64,000 nucleotides of DNA, taken from the NCBI RefSeq assembly GCF_009834535.1, contig NC_045696.1, positions 111,540,001 to 111,604,000 on the forward strand, written 5' to 3'. Each line of letters opens with the position of its first letter. Position 1 is the stretch's first letter. Shown in pieces: positions 37,894 to 51,990 of the stretch. The notes below the pieces were generated by a model, which made no database searches, had not been told where the DNA came from, and worked only from the letters and a program-made list of their open reading frames with translations. This DNA comes from Camelus ferus. Lineage: Eukaryota. Both the position numbers and the translations under genes were made by a program.

Positions 37894-40800
37894 GGGGAAA
37901 AAAAAAAAAACAGCAAAATACAGAATGATGTTATTTATTATTTATGGGTCATATGCTGAAGTATGAAGATATATAGACAAAGGTCTAGAAATATACACCA
38001 GGAAAAGATGAGTGTAGTTAAAACTGGGGAGGCAACTGGGTACTGGAACTGGGGATGGAGGTTAAAGGGAAATTTCACCTTATATATAGGAAAAATGTAT
38101 TTAAGATTAGGTGTCAAATTCATACTTTAAAAAAATTTATCCACTTCTTCTCTGGTTTTGGCAAGAATTTGATTCTGCTGAGCTCTTAAATTTGAAGTCC
38201 AATGCCCATGGTGGTGACACACAGTATAAAGAGAATCCTGGAGCTGGGGAATGTGTTTGGTTCTTGTCGTGTTTTCTGTAAGTGAACCATGGTAGCCCAG
38301 GGTGCCCCTGATTGTTGGGGTAATTTGTAATTGGCTACATGATCTGTGATGTTGTGGGAGAGCATGATGGACTGAGGTCTACAGGGCCGTGGGGTCCTGT
38401 TCATAGAGATTCCACATTGAGTGTCCTGGGATCAAACCAGGAAATATGATGAAGTAGCAAAGGGCTCAGTGATCCGGAATGGGTTGTAACGTGGCTTACA
38501 TTAGAGAGGGAAAGTAAGTCCTTCAACTGGAAGTTAGAGTAATGATTTGGAATTCTAGGTCATGGATTACCCCCAGGAGGGACATATTTAAAAACTGCAC
38601 ATGAATTCTTTCAGTCTAGACATGGATTTATAGAGCAAGCCTCCTTGAAGTGGGTGCTTCCCACATCCCCATTCCCACAGAAGAGAAGAGAAGTGGCCCC
38701 TAGAGGAAGGGCTGCCCAGGATGGAGCACACGGAGAACTGCCCTGAGACTTGGTGCCTGTTACAGGAATAGCACAGATTTATAATTAGAGCAGCCAGTGA
38801 ATCACAAAGGACGTGGTAACATGGCAACCCTTAGAACAATGGGATGAGAAAATAGGTCACGGCTCTGTCTGGCAGTGGGACAATGTTATTTCTGAATTTA
38901 GCACCTGGGCCTGGTGAAGAGATTACCCTGGAAAGAAAGGATTAGAGGTTGCAAGTTGCTATGGTTCAATGTGGGGAGTTTTAATAATAGAGGATCTCGC
39001 TGTTCCTGTGATAGTTGTGTATTAAAGCAGCTAAGTCATACAAAGGAAAAGCCAAACAGAAAAAACAGATGGGGGAAAAAATCACAAATGGGATCCTTTT
39101 CATAAGATAAAAATTTGAGAGCACTTGTAAAAATGGGAAGATGTTGTAAGGGTGAAATGTCAATCAGAAAGAGAATCTGGGAAAAGGGCGTAAGTCTAGC
39201 CAAAAGAAATGAGTTAAATTACTGAATTTAAAAGAAGTTGTTATTAAAGTGAGCCTGACCTGCTGGTAGGAAATAGACAAAACAGGGGAAGAAAAGGGAC
39301 ATCACTTTAACCGCAAGAAGATCACCCCATACAGTTAAAGGGCTCCAGGTATATTCCATTTCTAGCTGTCATTACGGTAGGATCCTCAGCTTACGGAAAT
39401 GCGGTTATAATGAAAAAAACATATAAAAAGAATTTTTAGACACAGAGCCACACAGCTTCTCTTAGGAGGAAGGTCTAGGAGGGGTTCATGCTACAAGGAA
39501 AAGAGTCATGTCAAAATGGGGAGAGAGCTAAACTGAGTACAAAAATGGCTCCTTGCAACGGGGCTGAGAACACACCCCAGGTTCTGCATACGTCTTGCTG
39601 CTGCTGACTCTGGTTGGCGTCAGAGTCAAGCCATGTGTCATATAGTGATATGCTCACATTGTATCTGAGTTCTGCTCCAGGCTCAGTGCTTAGAAGGAAA
39701 TTCTCAGACTCAAGAGCAAGGTCTGGAAAGTCAGGTGCCCTTCAGTTGGTGCCTGTAGTCTGGCTGGGATCACTCATTTCCATCACCCTAAAAATCTAGG
39801 GTGTCCAGAGTCGGGGAGGAGATGGGGAAGTCAAGAAACCTGCCCAAACTTCTCCAGAGACCAGCTCCACCCAAGACTGCTCCTGGGAATGAGAGATCAA
39901 GAGTGTCTTTGAGGCAAACTTTCTCCAACACAGCTCAACAAATATCCTGTTCAAGTCTCTTCCATCTTAACCAAGGAAAGTAAGTCTTTGCCTGGGAAGT
40001 ACATCTGGTTGTACGTTCCCAAAGAAGACCATGCCCAACTGCCGGCTGTGGCTAGAATACTGATCTGCAGATACTCCACGGGACAGTATGAGGGGTCTAA
40101 CAACCAAGGGTACAGGATCATATCCAAGAGGGGCGTTCATGCCACCGCCTGGGCTGCAGCTGTTTTAAGTAGCTTAAGTGGGCAAATCCATAGCCTTCCA
40201 ACTCAAACCATCACTCCATTGTCTCCTCTTTTATCTCTGCAGCCATTCCCTGCTGCACCTTGCCTGCTCAACAAAGCTCTCCCCCTCGCACCAGCATCGG
40301 ACCCCATCCATGTTCGGTGATGCCTCGGAGAAAGTTGTGAAAGAAGTACCAGAGTCTTGTAAACACCGTGACTAGTTCCAGAAAGGATGGCAGCTGAGAG
40401 GTCTAGAGAGGAAACCTGCCTTCTGCTTCCTGAATATGCTAAAATGGCTTAAACCGTTCAAGTCCTGGAACAAAGAAAACTTGAGAAAATTTTAGCCCTG
40501 CTCCCACCTCGCAGAATAGAAGGCCAGGCTAGGAGAAGAGGTATTCATTCTACTCCAGACCTCGTGAATGGATGCGGGCCCTTGCACCATGCCACCAGGT
40601 ACAGACAGGGCTGAAACCCAGTATTATTTGAGGTCTCCATCCACACTCTCACCTCTACCTGCTGCTTCTTGATCCTGGAGAACTTCTATGGCTCTCTAAA
40701 CCCATCCCAGTCTTTCCTTGTTGGTGTGTAATAAGTTTGGACATTCTCTTCCAACTCTGACCCTACGCCACTCCCAATGACGTAATGCCATTCACATTCA

Positions 40801-41391
40801 CGTGGTGGTCTTTTAATAGCATTGACATGGATTCTCTGCCTTCATACACTCATGACTACCGATAAGAGTCACTCCTGCATTTTGCCTTGGCCCCATGAGA
40901 ACTGTACAGACCAGACCAGCCCCAACAAGAAGAAGGGGACCTAGTTCACAGACCTAGTTCATGTAGGTAGAGACCTGAGCCAATGAGAGAAAAATGCAAC
41001 CTATGGCCCGCAGGTTACAGGCAGCCTGGCGAGTTTTGAGATGTGGCTTGAGATCTAACTTCAGAATCAAAGACTTCAAACCTGGCTTTAGATTGCTACT
41101 CCTCAAATATGGCCTTATAGTAACATTTTATTAACTCAGAGGCAGTGTCAGTTTTTAATTTTGATTTTTTTCTGCTTCAGATCTTTTATCCTTTCAGGAT
41201 TAAAACTTACGGATTCTGTTCAATTATGCCCTGTGGCTCTACCTAGATTTATTTCTCTCTCCTTTCCTCCAGAACACTGCTCTTTTCAAGGAGGCGAGGC
41301 GCCTTTAAGTCCACGTGTTTATGATTTCGATTCATATGTGAATCATACGAACAATATATAGATTTGGGGGGGGTGATTTTAATTTCATATA

Positions 41392-41606
41392 CAGGTATCC
41401 CCCACTTTCTGAAAGTTCGAATTAGGCTATTTCACTTTTACGGAAGAACTGTATTAATTAGGATGGTAATGGCTCCTTTTCATGAAGCAAAAATCCTCTT
41501 CAGATTTCTTTCACTGAGTGAATGCAAGCACTCTACCCCATTTCAGCTTACGGCTCACAAACGGGTTCACAGGAACGCTCTACTTTCGAATAGTGGGGGA
41601 GACCTG
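41392..41606. mobile_element. Tigger-family MITE (Tigger1a-like)
   Basis: 25-bp TIRs caggtatcccccactttctgaaagt / rc caggtctcccccactattcgaaagt (21/25), TA on both flanks. Confidence 0.88.
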
Positions 41607-41719
41607 TAACTGACATTAGGAATAAATGGAAACAGTAAGGTACGGAATGATACCTTATAATGTTAAAGGTAAAACGCTAACCAAGGGTTTGAAATTTACC
41701 TGTAAGATTCATATCCTTT

Positions 41720-44700
41720 ACCAACTTTTTCTTTTCTCCTTAATTCTTTATACGTTCTGAAAATGTTTCCTTTTTCAGATATATATCCTCTTGGTCTCGT
41801 ATTACTTTTTTAAATTGCATATAATATCTTTTGTCACACATTTTTAAAGTTTTAATCTAGTCAAACGTATCAATAATTTCCTTCTGATTTTTGTTTGCAT
41901 TTTAGATCCAGTGAAAATATCAGTCGCAATGCTACGCTCACAATAATATTCTCCTTTTTATCCCACAAGGCGTACTTTTTGTTTTTAGGAACTTTTGTCT
42001 TCATACAGTTTATAGCACATTTCCTTTTTTTTGCCAGTGGTGGACAATGGCTTCTCTCCTACTACCAAGTTCCCACTCATGCATGGATGTGTTTCTGGCT
42101 TCTCTACTTTGCTCCTTTGATCTATTTCAGAGATACTTCACAAATATCACATTGTCTTAATTTCAAAATCTCTTTAAAAAACCTTGATATTTGGTACATC
42201 AAGATGCCTCTCACTTTTTCTTTAAAACTATACAGGTTATTCCTGGCCCTTTACCCGTCCATATGAATAACAAGAACCACTTGTCAAGTTCCATACAAAC
42301 ACACACACACACACAATCTATTGTAATTTTTAGGGGAATTGCTTTGAACTTTCACATATACATTGACTCTTCCCCTCTATGAATATATTTTCCTATATAC
42401 TCAGAACTTGTTTATGCCCTTGAATAAATTTTATAATTTTCTGCATAGAGAGCTTGCCCCATGTTCCTAAAATACTCCCAGTATTCTTGTTATTATGATT
42501 AGGGTCATTTCACTCTATTTCTTATTGGTTTTTCCTAGAATATTGTAAAACTGCTGATTTTAAAATATTGGTTGGAATCCAGAAAACTTCCTGAACGTTC
42601 TTAATAGTTTCAGTACATTGTCAGTACATCTGCTAGATTTTCTCACTGAACAATCTTGCTAGCCACACATCTGGTAGTTTTCTCTCCTCCTTACACTTCC
42701 AATTTCTTTTTCTTACCCTATTGCATTGAGTAGGACCACCAGGACCCATAAATAATAACAATGATAGAGGCATCTTTATTTTATTCCTAATTTTAATGGA
42801 AAATTGTCTACATTATCTGCCTTAATTATTATCTTCTCATATGTTTGAATTTTTGATAATCTTTTTTCAAGTAAAGGAAGTACTTTTTAGCTGCTAAGAA
42901 TTTTTAATCATGGATATTTGTACATTTTAGCAGCATTTTTGAAGATGATCACTTTTTCCCCCCTTCAGGGTGCTCTGTAGATGTGCAACATTAATGGAAT
43001 TTTTACAGTTAAGCTACCTTGCATTCTTGGGATAAACTGTGTTTGGTCAGAATGTCATATACTGCTAGGTTTGATTTTTCTTATCTTATTTAGAATTTTT
43101 TCATCTCTGAATAAACTAGGTTATCTTTTTTGTGCACAGTCTGTCCAATTTTGGTAATGTTTATATGAGCTTAAAATTAGTTTTATATTAAGAGGGAATT
43201 ATTCTTGAAAATTCAGGGAAACAAAACCTTCTGTGGTTGGTACCGTTAGACAAAGGCGGAAGGAGGAGGGGATTTAGAGTCCAGTTCAGTCCCTTTAATG
43301 GTTATTTGATTAATCTTCACTTCCCTTTGAGTCAACCTTGGCAACCTGTTTTTCTAAAAATATGTCTATTGCCTCAGAGTTATTAAAAATGTTGGCACAA
43401 AATGATTCAATATCACATGGTTTTTTAATATAAAGACCTTCTCTGTAGCTCTGCTCCCTTTTGACTTCTGAAGTTGTTTCTTCACACTTTCTATCTTTCT
43501 GCCAATTGCACGAGTATTTCAAACATTCTCTTTTGAGTTTTTGTGGGTCATCTCAATCATCTGGTTAGCTATTTCCCACAAGTTTTGATATGAAATACTT
43601 TATTTGCATTTCATTGTAAACATTTCAAATTTTCCGTTTGAAAATTTTCTAAGCACACGATTATTTACAAGTGCAGTCTCGTGCTCAAAAACGTGGATTT
43701 CTATGGTCTTTCTATTACTCATTTCTAGTCTTATTCCTTTGTACTCAGGGAGCATGATGTACATGATATAGATTCTTTGAGTGTCATTGAAACTTCCATT
43801 GTAGCCAATTTTTATGAATGTACCTGTGTGTTTAAAAAGCCTATTATATTGGGGATAGAAACCATATATTGTTATTAGCAGTTTGTTAAATCTGTTACTA
43901 GAATCTTAAACATCCATCACAATTTTTCACAGCCATGACTTGTTAAGTTTTAGAAATGGATGTGTTACAAACTTCCTCCAGGTAATAGATTAAAATTTCT
44001 CCTTGTAATTTTGTCAGTTGTTGGCTTTATACATTTGGAGTTTGTGTTGTTTAATGAATACAAATCCATACAATTTTTCAGCCTGTTGTTATTTTTCAGT
44101 TATATAACCCTCATTACTAGCATTTTTCTGTTAAATTCTAATTTAGATAATATAAACATTTTAAACTATTTTTTACTAGTATTTGCCTACTATGTGATTT
44201 TCCATCCCTTTATTTTCATACTTTATAAATTAAAATATTATTTTAAATATTGATGATTAAAGCTGGTCACACATACACCAAAGTATAGAGCCTGAGATAA
44301 CTAAATCTATTATGTCCATGACCCAAATTCAATTGTTAATTAGCAAGATTTGCCACACTTGCTTCATCTATTCCTTTTTCTCTTTTTCTAAAGTATTTTA
44401 TAACAAATCCCACACCTCAAGTCATTTTACTTTTGCTTACTTTCAAGGCAACTCCAAAAATACAAACATTTTCTTGCATATCTACCAGACCGTTTGCCCT
44501 TCTAATAAAACTAACACAATGTCCCTGGTATTATCTGATTCCAGTTTACACTTAATTTTCCCAGTTACCTTAAAAATGACTTTTTACAATTGGTTTGTTC
44601 AAATGAGGCTCTTAACAAGGCTCACATATGACGCTTCGTTGGCCTTTTAATCTAGAGTAATCTCTCTTTCTTGTTTTTTTCCACGTCTATCTTTCCCCAA

Positions 44701-45775
44701 GACCCAAGGTCAGTTTTCTCATAGAATGCCCTATGTTCCATTTGCTTCCCTTCTATGCTAGTGAACTAGTTTCTCTATCCCCATATTTCAAAAAAACTGG
44801 AAATTGTTTTAAGGCAAAAGTGCACTCAGGTTGACCACTTTCAGGCAATGTTTCTTCCTATATGAACATTATTTCATGTAAGGACCCTTCCACATACTTC
44901 TCATCACTTCGCGGGTAGAGCACATCTGCTTGTCCCACTGTAAGTGACAGCATGTCTGTCCTACTGTCTTAGTCCCTTGTAATTCTTCTTCTAGTCAAGA
45001 GTTTATATATTCTGCTTCTATCTTGTCAGTGACTACTCTTAATTTTACAATGTGTTTATCTGCGTAAGCTTTAAATTAATCAACATTTCTATTCTCTTCC
45101 CCAAACAAAACAAGAAAATTAGAAAGCTGTAACTGTGAACTCCTGTCCCTGCCATCCACATTGCGGCCAAGAGTTCACATTTACTTTGTTTTCAAATGTT
45201 TCTCCCAAATTAATGTTATTATTTGTATAGCTAATATTTATTTCGTATTACCAACATGCTTACCGACATCTTGTTCGCCCTTGCATCGTATACCTTCTTC
45301 TGGGTTTAATTTCCTTCCTAAAGCACCTCCATTATTAGTTTTCATCATTTTGTTTGTCTTACATTGTTTTGATTCTGGAATGGTCTGTAAGTAGTAGTCT
45401 TGTCCACCTTTATAGTTTGAATGACAGTTTAGCTCAGTGTAGAGTTCCAGACACACATTATTCTCCATCATAACTCAGAAGACCATATTTTATAACAGTC
45501 TTATGGATACTTTTCTGATGATGAATGATTTGTTTTCAGTCTGACTATTGAGATTTCATGGTCGATCTGGCTTAGTGAGAGTTTTTTAAAAATCTTTCTG
45601 TTTTTGAAGTTTTCCTTTTTCATTATGTTATATCTGGGTGTGAATTTTTTTCGTTTTCCTATTCAAGAATTTTTATGCTACTTTAGTCTTAAGACTAATT
45701 GAACTTTTCTCAATTCCGAGAAGTTCTTTCCATTGTGACTTCAAGGATGGCCTCTCTAGTGGTTTTTTTTGTTTG

Positions 45776-45806
<31 letters not shown>

Positions 45807-46350
45807 TGCACTGTTCCATGTGATTATCCTGCTGAAGTGTCTCCTGTTACCTTCACACGTCTGCGTGCTCCTTTGTGTCTTCACTCCCTTCCCTCTCAGT
45901 GCGTCTTCTGAGTGATTTCCACAGCATTTCTTCAAACTCTATTTTCAGCTCTCTATATTCTTCTATGTTACCTGTACATGAAAGTTACTTCAAAGTGTCT
46001 ATTTAGCATTTCAAAAATGTTCTATTTGTTCTTTGCCAAATTTTCTTTTTTTTTTCCATAATATTCATTCTTTCTTGGGAATATCTTCTTTGTTGTTCTG
46101 TAATTTATGGTTACTGAGGTGTGAGTTTGCAGTTGGTCTGATTTGCTGATTTTCATAACTTCTCTTTCCAACATGGAAGTAGAAGCTGTTTTCCAAGGGG
46201 TTCCCACATAACCTGGGCTGAGGTGCTTCCTCAGGTGTCACCTTCATGTCTGTCTCTACTGTTGCTCTAGGGTTTCTCAGTGTCTGATTATTTTCTAGGT
46301 AAATCATTCAGTAAGGAGTTCTCATGCCACACAGAGAAGGCAAAGTGGGA
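41720..46350 (-). mobile_element. Patchwork of ancient, highly diverged L1/HAL1-type remnants
   Basis: T-rich plus strand with scattered L1 ORF2 antisense motifs (ccctattgcattgagtaggaccaccag, ccttgcattcttgggataaac); probable nested L1MC-type 3' end at about 44260-44960. Confidence 0.55.
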
Positions 46351-47171
46351 GCCCTCATCCATAAGTGATGATGGCTTCATGTTCCATTTCCCCCGGGTCC
46401 CAGGCTTTGGCCAGCCTCCTCATTCCCTCTCTTAGGCTAGCAGTTGTAGACTCAACCGGTCCCAGCTTCACAGATGGAATGGCCTTGAGCAACTCCCAAA
46501 TTTACTCAAACGCCCTCAATTCTAGTTTTCACTTTGCTCTGGGCTTATCAAACTTCAGTGAGCTCTTGATATTTTTAAAACAACTTTTCATTATTATTTA
46601 CATCAAAACAAAAGAAAATACCGTGTTGAATGACTAGGAATATAGGTAAAGGGAAAATTAAATTAAGGATTTTTTTTTTAAATAAAAGAAATACTGATGT
46701 GGAAAGCACAAGTTTTGACTTCATATTTTCAAGGATGAACTCTTCTTGGGAGTGTTTGGAGAAAACAGGGAGCTGCTGCTTCATGAGAGGTAGGGAGGAT
46801 GGGTAGACTGTGAAGCCAGAGCTCCAACCTTTGGTTTGAGATTCTTTGGACCATGAGATTTTACAAAATTGTTGGCCTCTGAGCATTTTAGCTTTCTGCT
46901 TGTCAAGTCAGAAAGGTGGGAAAACAACAACAACAAAAAAACCCCAGACATCTAGCTTCAGAGACTACTATGAAGAAAGGTAAATTCCTGCAGGAAAATG
47001 TGTAATATTAACACCACAATCTTTTTAAGTAATACTTCTTAATAGAAGAAGAGAAGCTTTTTTGGACAATAAGACTGTAAAATAAAGTGATAAAAAAAAT
47101 GAGATTGCTTTAGGCCCAGTCAGTCCTACCCTACAGTTTTGCTCTTAAAATGACACTTACTCAACTGAATC

Positions 47172-47725
47172 TGTTGCCAGAGATTGCTTCTCGTCTCATT
47201 GCAGAAAGAATTCAGAGATGAGACTCGGAGTTCAAGAAATAAGTATTAAGTGATAGTATGCTCTCAGGCGAGAGTGGGCAGACTCAGGTGAGTAGCTTCC
47301 CTGAGTTTCTTTGACAAGCTGGTTATATGGGGTGTAAAAATGAATGGGAGGAATATTTACTGGGGAGGGGTTGGGATCATATTTTCTGATTTTCACCCCA
47401 GGTCCACCTTCCCAAGAGGAGGGGGGATTTTGGTCCTTGTTTAGTCTGGATCAGAAGTGTCATGGCCTCGGTGCATGATGGGTACTTCTAATCTGCAAGG
47501 CTAATTTTATTGAAATGAGGGCATAATAATCAGAAAGTTACATTTGGACACTGGAGATTCCTGCATTTTTACCCCAAAATCTGTGATCTCTTACCAATCT
47601 GGAGGTTCTTGCTTTTCTCTGTCTGCTCAAGGACCCCTGTTGTTCACAACATGTATGGTTTCCTGCCATTTGGTCTGTGCCCCTCCCTTTCTCTGCTTAC
47701 ATCTAGCTGTATGCCTTCTCTAACA
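47172..47725 (-). mobile_element. ERV1-class solo LTR
   Basis: tgttgcc...ctaaca termini, about 550 bp, 4-bp flanks aatc/aaac. Confidence 0.7.
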
Positions 47726-48402
47726 AAACAAGTCTGAAAGGAAAACATGATTTTCTAGACTTTGGGGGCTAGAGTATTCTGTAAATTAAGACTTTTCCAA
47801 GAGATATTATAATGGCTCCATTTTTAAGCTGTGGTCTTGCTCTCTGGTCATAGAATAAAATATGGTCTAAGCCAGTCCTTATTAGTCAGTCTCAAAATAT
47901 CAACTTCCTTTATATCCCTCTTGGTATAAGACCATCTCCTTCATGGGATATGAGTAGCTTTGAGATTTCAAGAGATATTTATTATTTGGAAACAAACAGC
48001 ATATAAAATGTAGGCCTGTTTTATCTGAGCAAAACACAAAACAAAAAAGAAAATCAGCTTATAGACACCAGAAAAATGTCCACAGCCCAGGAATGTGTGA
48101 AGGCCAAAATGTAATAAATGGTGTGTCTTCTGCTGAAAAGCAACTAAGATTCATCTATACTTATGAGTTAATCTATATTAAAAACTGAACTTGGGACGGA
48201 CTTCCTTCTTGTAATTCAGCAACCAAATGCATTGGTCAGCAAGGCAAAATGCCTCATGTTTCTCACCATCCTGCCTCATTTCCAGGATATCAGCAGGACA
48301 GTGCAAGATGATTTTAAAGGTAGTAAGACACAGCTCTTTGGAAGAAAAGCAGATTAGGGCTTCCAACAAGTCCATTGCTAAAGGTACTCACTGAAACCTA
48401 TA

Positions 48403-48562
48403 CCTTTTTTTTTAATAGATTTATTTATTTTATTTTTATTTTATTTATTTTTTGAAAAAGGAGGTAATTAGGTTTATTTATTTATTTTAATGGAGGTACT
48501 GGGGATTGAACCCAGGACCTCCTGCATGCTAAGCACACGCTCTACCACTGAGCTACACCATC
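48403..48562 (-). mobile_element. Vic-1-type tRNA-derived SINE (camelid)
   Basis: tggaggtactggggattgaacccaggacctcctgcatgctaagcacacgctctaccactgagctacacc; (TTTA)n tail; TSD ctcactgaaacctata / ctcactgaaaactgta (14/16). Confidence 0.93.
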
Positions 48563-49944
48563 CTCACTGAAAACTGTATTTTAAAAGTATCTTACTTCCT
48601 AAGGTGTGGTGATCTTAAAAAGACTTTCCAGGAAAACCTTCCTATTTTGGACCTATGGACAGGACCTAGCACTGAGGCTCACTCTCAATTCTAGTGGAGA
48701 AAGGGTTCCTATAGGTACACAGGGGAAAGTCAATCGGTTGTCTGCTGACTGAATTATAAATTTGGCAGGGATGAAGATACAATGTGAAGTAAACAGCCTG
48801 GATAGTCTTTAAATATTTTGACAATTACCCTCGCTGTCAGCTGGATTGTCACCTCCATGTGATGGGACTTGACAGTACCATCTGCCTTGAGCTAAGTAAT
48901 CTTTTTTAATTTTCTGTGGTCAGGACAATTTTCCAGATGTTTTCTTCTCCTTAAAAGTTAGCAGGGGAAAAAAAAAAATGAATACAGCCAGGCACCAAGA
49001 AGACTGCTGGCCCAGCAGAAGCTGCAGCTAGTCTGACCTTTAAGATCACTGATGCTTTCATTTCTTCCTTGACTGGCAAAGGAAGGGGCAGCCTGTCAGT
49101 CAGAAATGCCATCCTGAGTCACAGGGAGACAGAGGGAGGGGGCCTCTCACAAAACTCACATTTTAGTGGGAGAAAGATGGACCATAAGCAGGTACACAAA
49201 TATTATCTGACAGTAAAAATTGTGACGAAGAAAAGAAGATAGAGCAATGAGACACGCTAATTAAGGGATGGAGCTGGAAGGCGATTTTGCATATTTTCGA
49301 TAAGAAAATCCTCTTACAGGAGGTGACATGTGAGATGGACACTAAAAGATAAGTAGCAGCCAAATGACTTTGAACACTTTAGGGTGTTTTTTATACTTTT
49401 TTTTTTTAAAGTGCGCCTATATATTTTATAACATGATGTTTACTCAGTCTGTTATTAAAGTGTTTCTAGTTTTGAAAAAACTTGTCTGCAGCATCATTTG
49501 AAGAGAAATAAACACACCAAGAAATTAAATATCACCCACGTCCCACCACTTACACACACTCCTATATCGAAGTTGAAGTTGTCTGTTTCTCTGCTGTTTC
49601 AAGCTTTCCAGTCACGGTGTTCTTGTTGCTAATTCCCACGGCTGGGCCAGAAGGACTCCCTAGGAACCACCTGATCAGTGACTTCATAACTGACCAGCAC
49701 TCTTTATCAGCGTTCTTATATCGAATTCAAGTACGGTGGACAATTTGCAAAGCCTTAAGATTTCTCTCATTGTTCCTTTGCCTAGATGTCGTCTCACCTT
49801 GCCTGTGGAAAAGCCAGTATAAGACCCGTTGGCTGCAAAACCCCTCAGTTCCCTTTTAACTGTGTGAGTGAATTGCAAACACCAAATTACGGCTCCCAGA
49901 GCCACAGTAAAGGTGATAAATGATAGAACTTGGTGCCCACCAGC

Positions 49945-50125
49945 CAACTAAAGATTTCACATGTGTTATTTAATCTTCACAACCAACCCTACTGTCTGAT
50001 GTCGATGTAAATGCCCCCATTTTAGAAGGGAGGCTCAGAGATTAAATATATTGCCCGGCATCAGTCACACGGTAAGCGGCAAGCAAAGGCTTATGTGCAG
50101 AGCTGGGTGACTCCGTGCCCCTCCA
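49945..50125 (-). mobile_element. MIR SINE
   Basis: atttaatcttcacaaccaaccct...cccattttagaagggaggctcagagattaaat. Confidence 0.6.
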
Positions 50126-50131
50126 CTAGAT

Positions 50132-50453
50132 TAGGGGTTGGCAGACTCCAGCCCAAGCCAGGTTGCCACTGGTTTCTATACAGCTCACAAGCCAAGAATG
50201 GATTTTATGTCGTTAGATAGTAGAAGACCAAAGAAAAGGATGGTCTTTTATTACACATATAAAAATCATATAAAATTCAAATTTCAGTGCCAGTAAAGTT
50301 TTATGGGACCACAGCCACACTCAGTCATCCTGGGGTTTTTATGGCTGTTTTCACGCTACAACAGCAGAGTTGAGTAGTTGCAACAGAGACCAAATGGCTC
50401 ACAAAAGCTAAAATATTTACCATTATCTTTTAAGACAAAGTTTTCCAACTCCT
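50132..50453. mobile_element. MER58B-like hAT-Charlie MITE
   Basis: aggggttggcagact...ctacaacagcagagttgagtagttgcaacagagacc...aaaatatttac...ccaactcct; ctaga-containing flanks. Confidence 0.85.
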
Positions 50454-50496
50454 CTAGAGAATCAAGCAGCAGCCAGGCAGAAAATGAATAATAGAC

Positions 50497-50958
50497 TGTA
50501 TCATTCTGAGTATGATCAGCAAAACAGAGTGACTACAACATTATAAAAGTTTGCTACATGAATCATGGCTTATGAGAATGTGGAAGGCACTGGAGGAGGG
50601 AAGATCTGCGGGATACGGCCAGAGGACTAAGAAAACAGCCACTACTAACTTCAGCTTGAAGTAGTGGAGTGGGTGGAGAAAGCTGAGGTCATGGGGGTCT
50701 CTGAGGAGCCAGTACATCTGGTCCCACCACCTCAGAGGGAGCTGGGTGGGGAAAGTCTGCAAAACTGCCACGTTTGATAGTCGGTATCTCCCAAGAACCC
50801 TGGCTTCTCCCTCACCTTTCTTTCCAAATCTCTGCAAGTTCTCCTCAGTGGTAAAGTCTAACCTGGAACCAGAAAGGAAGAGGAATCCTGGGAAACAGAG
50901 ACCCCAGTCGTAGAAGGGAGTGGTGATTGCGCAGAGTTGAAAACACAATCCAGCATTC
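50497..50958 (-). mobile_element. ERVL solo LTR (LTR33/LTR50-like)
   Basis: Reverse strand has ctgtttcccaggattcctcttcc...ggttccaggttag...gagaagccagg and ends ctgttttgctga...gataca. Confidence 0.55.
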
Positions 50959-51789
50959 AAGCCAGTCCACGCTTGACGATGTGAGAATCAGTACTCCTCC
51001 AGTGGTGACTGGTACTGAGCCTCCCATCTTGCTTATGGTGATGGGGATGTCGAATGGGGCGCTGGGGGCGCCTATGGGCAGTCAGGACACAGCCTCCAGA
51101 GCCCACTAGGCTTGCCTGCCTGGCCTACTACCATGCCCCTTATCCACAGCATCTACACTGCTTCTCCTTTGGGACTGAGATCCAAGCTTCAACCCTAAAC
51201 CAGTCAACTGGAGACCCAGTATTTTATCATTAACACTAATGTGAGTGTTCACAATGACTCTCCAATCAGCCCTGAAGTTCTAGCATGTGATTGCTTCACT
51301 CCTGGACTGTGACTTTGGGTGGGAGATGGGGGTTCTTCAGAGAACTGAACTGTGGAAAAATTACCTTTCCTTAACTTGAAGCTACTTTTAAAATCTGAGG
51401 GTCTGGACCAAAAGAAGAGAAATATCAGGTTGGAGTCACGACGACAGAGGTGATGAGAAGAATCACTAACTCCAAAGATGGCTTCCGTGAAGAGAAAGCG
51501 TCTTAAGATGAAGGAAAAAGCTTGTCAGAAGATCCCAGAAAAGTTCTCATTTTATCAGCAGTTAAAGTTATCCATGCAGAAGTGGATGAAACAGAACACT
51601 GCTCTTTTTTATTTGTACTTTTTGACCTGGGATATGAGTTTTCAATGGGCATTGTCTATACCAGCTTTGTTAAAGTAAGCAAAATATTTGTTAAAACAAA
51701 CAAGCAAACAAACACTGCATCATTATCGGTGTCTTCATTGTTATTAGTCACTGTCACCTAAAAAGTGCCTCCTTGCTGCTTTGGGCTGT

Positions 51790-51990
51790 GCTGGGTACTT
51801 TATAAACTTCCTCTCATTCAGTTCACTCAAAAACCCTTTCAGGTAGGGAGATTTACAGATGAGGAAACAAAAGTTTGAAGTCTGAAGTAGGTAAGGAACT
51901 TGCTTAACTTCAGCGTAAATGGCTGAGCCAGGACGTAGCTCTCTGTTGCGTGTGACTCCCAAACCCAGCACACTGAGTCACCACGCTATC
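51790..51990 (-). mobile_element. MIR SINE
   Basis: atttacagatgaggaaac...ggtaaggaacttgc. Confidence 0.65.

Noticed and set aside
50541..51109. GC-richer segment with ORFs of 139 and 60 aa
   Set aside because: Mostly explained by a minus-strand ERVL-type LTR.
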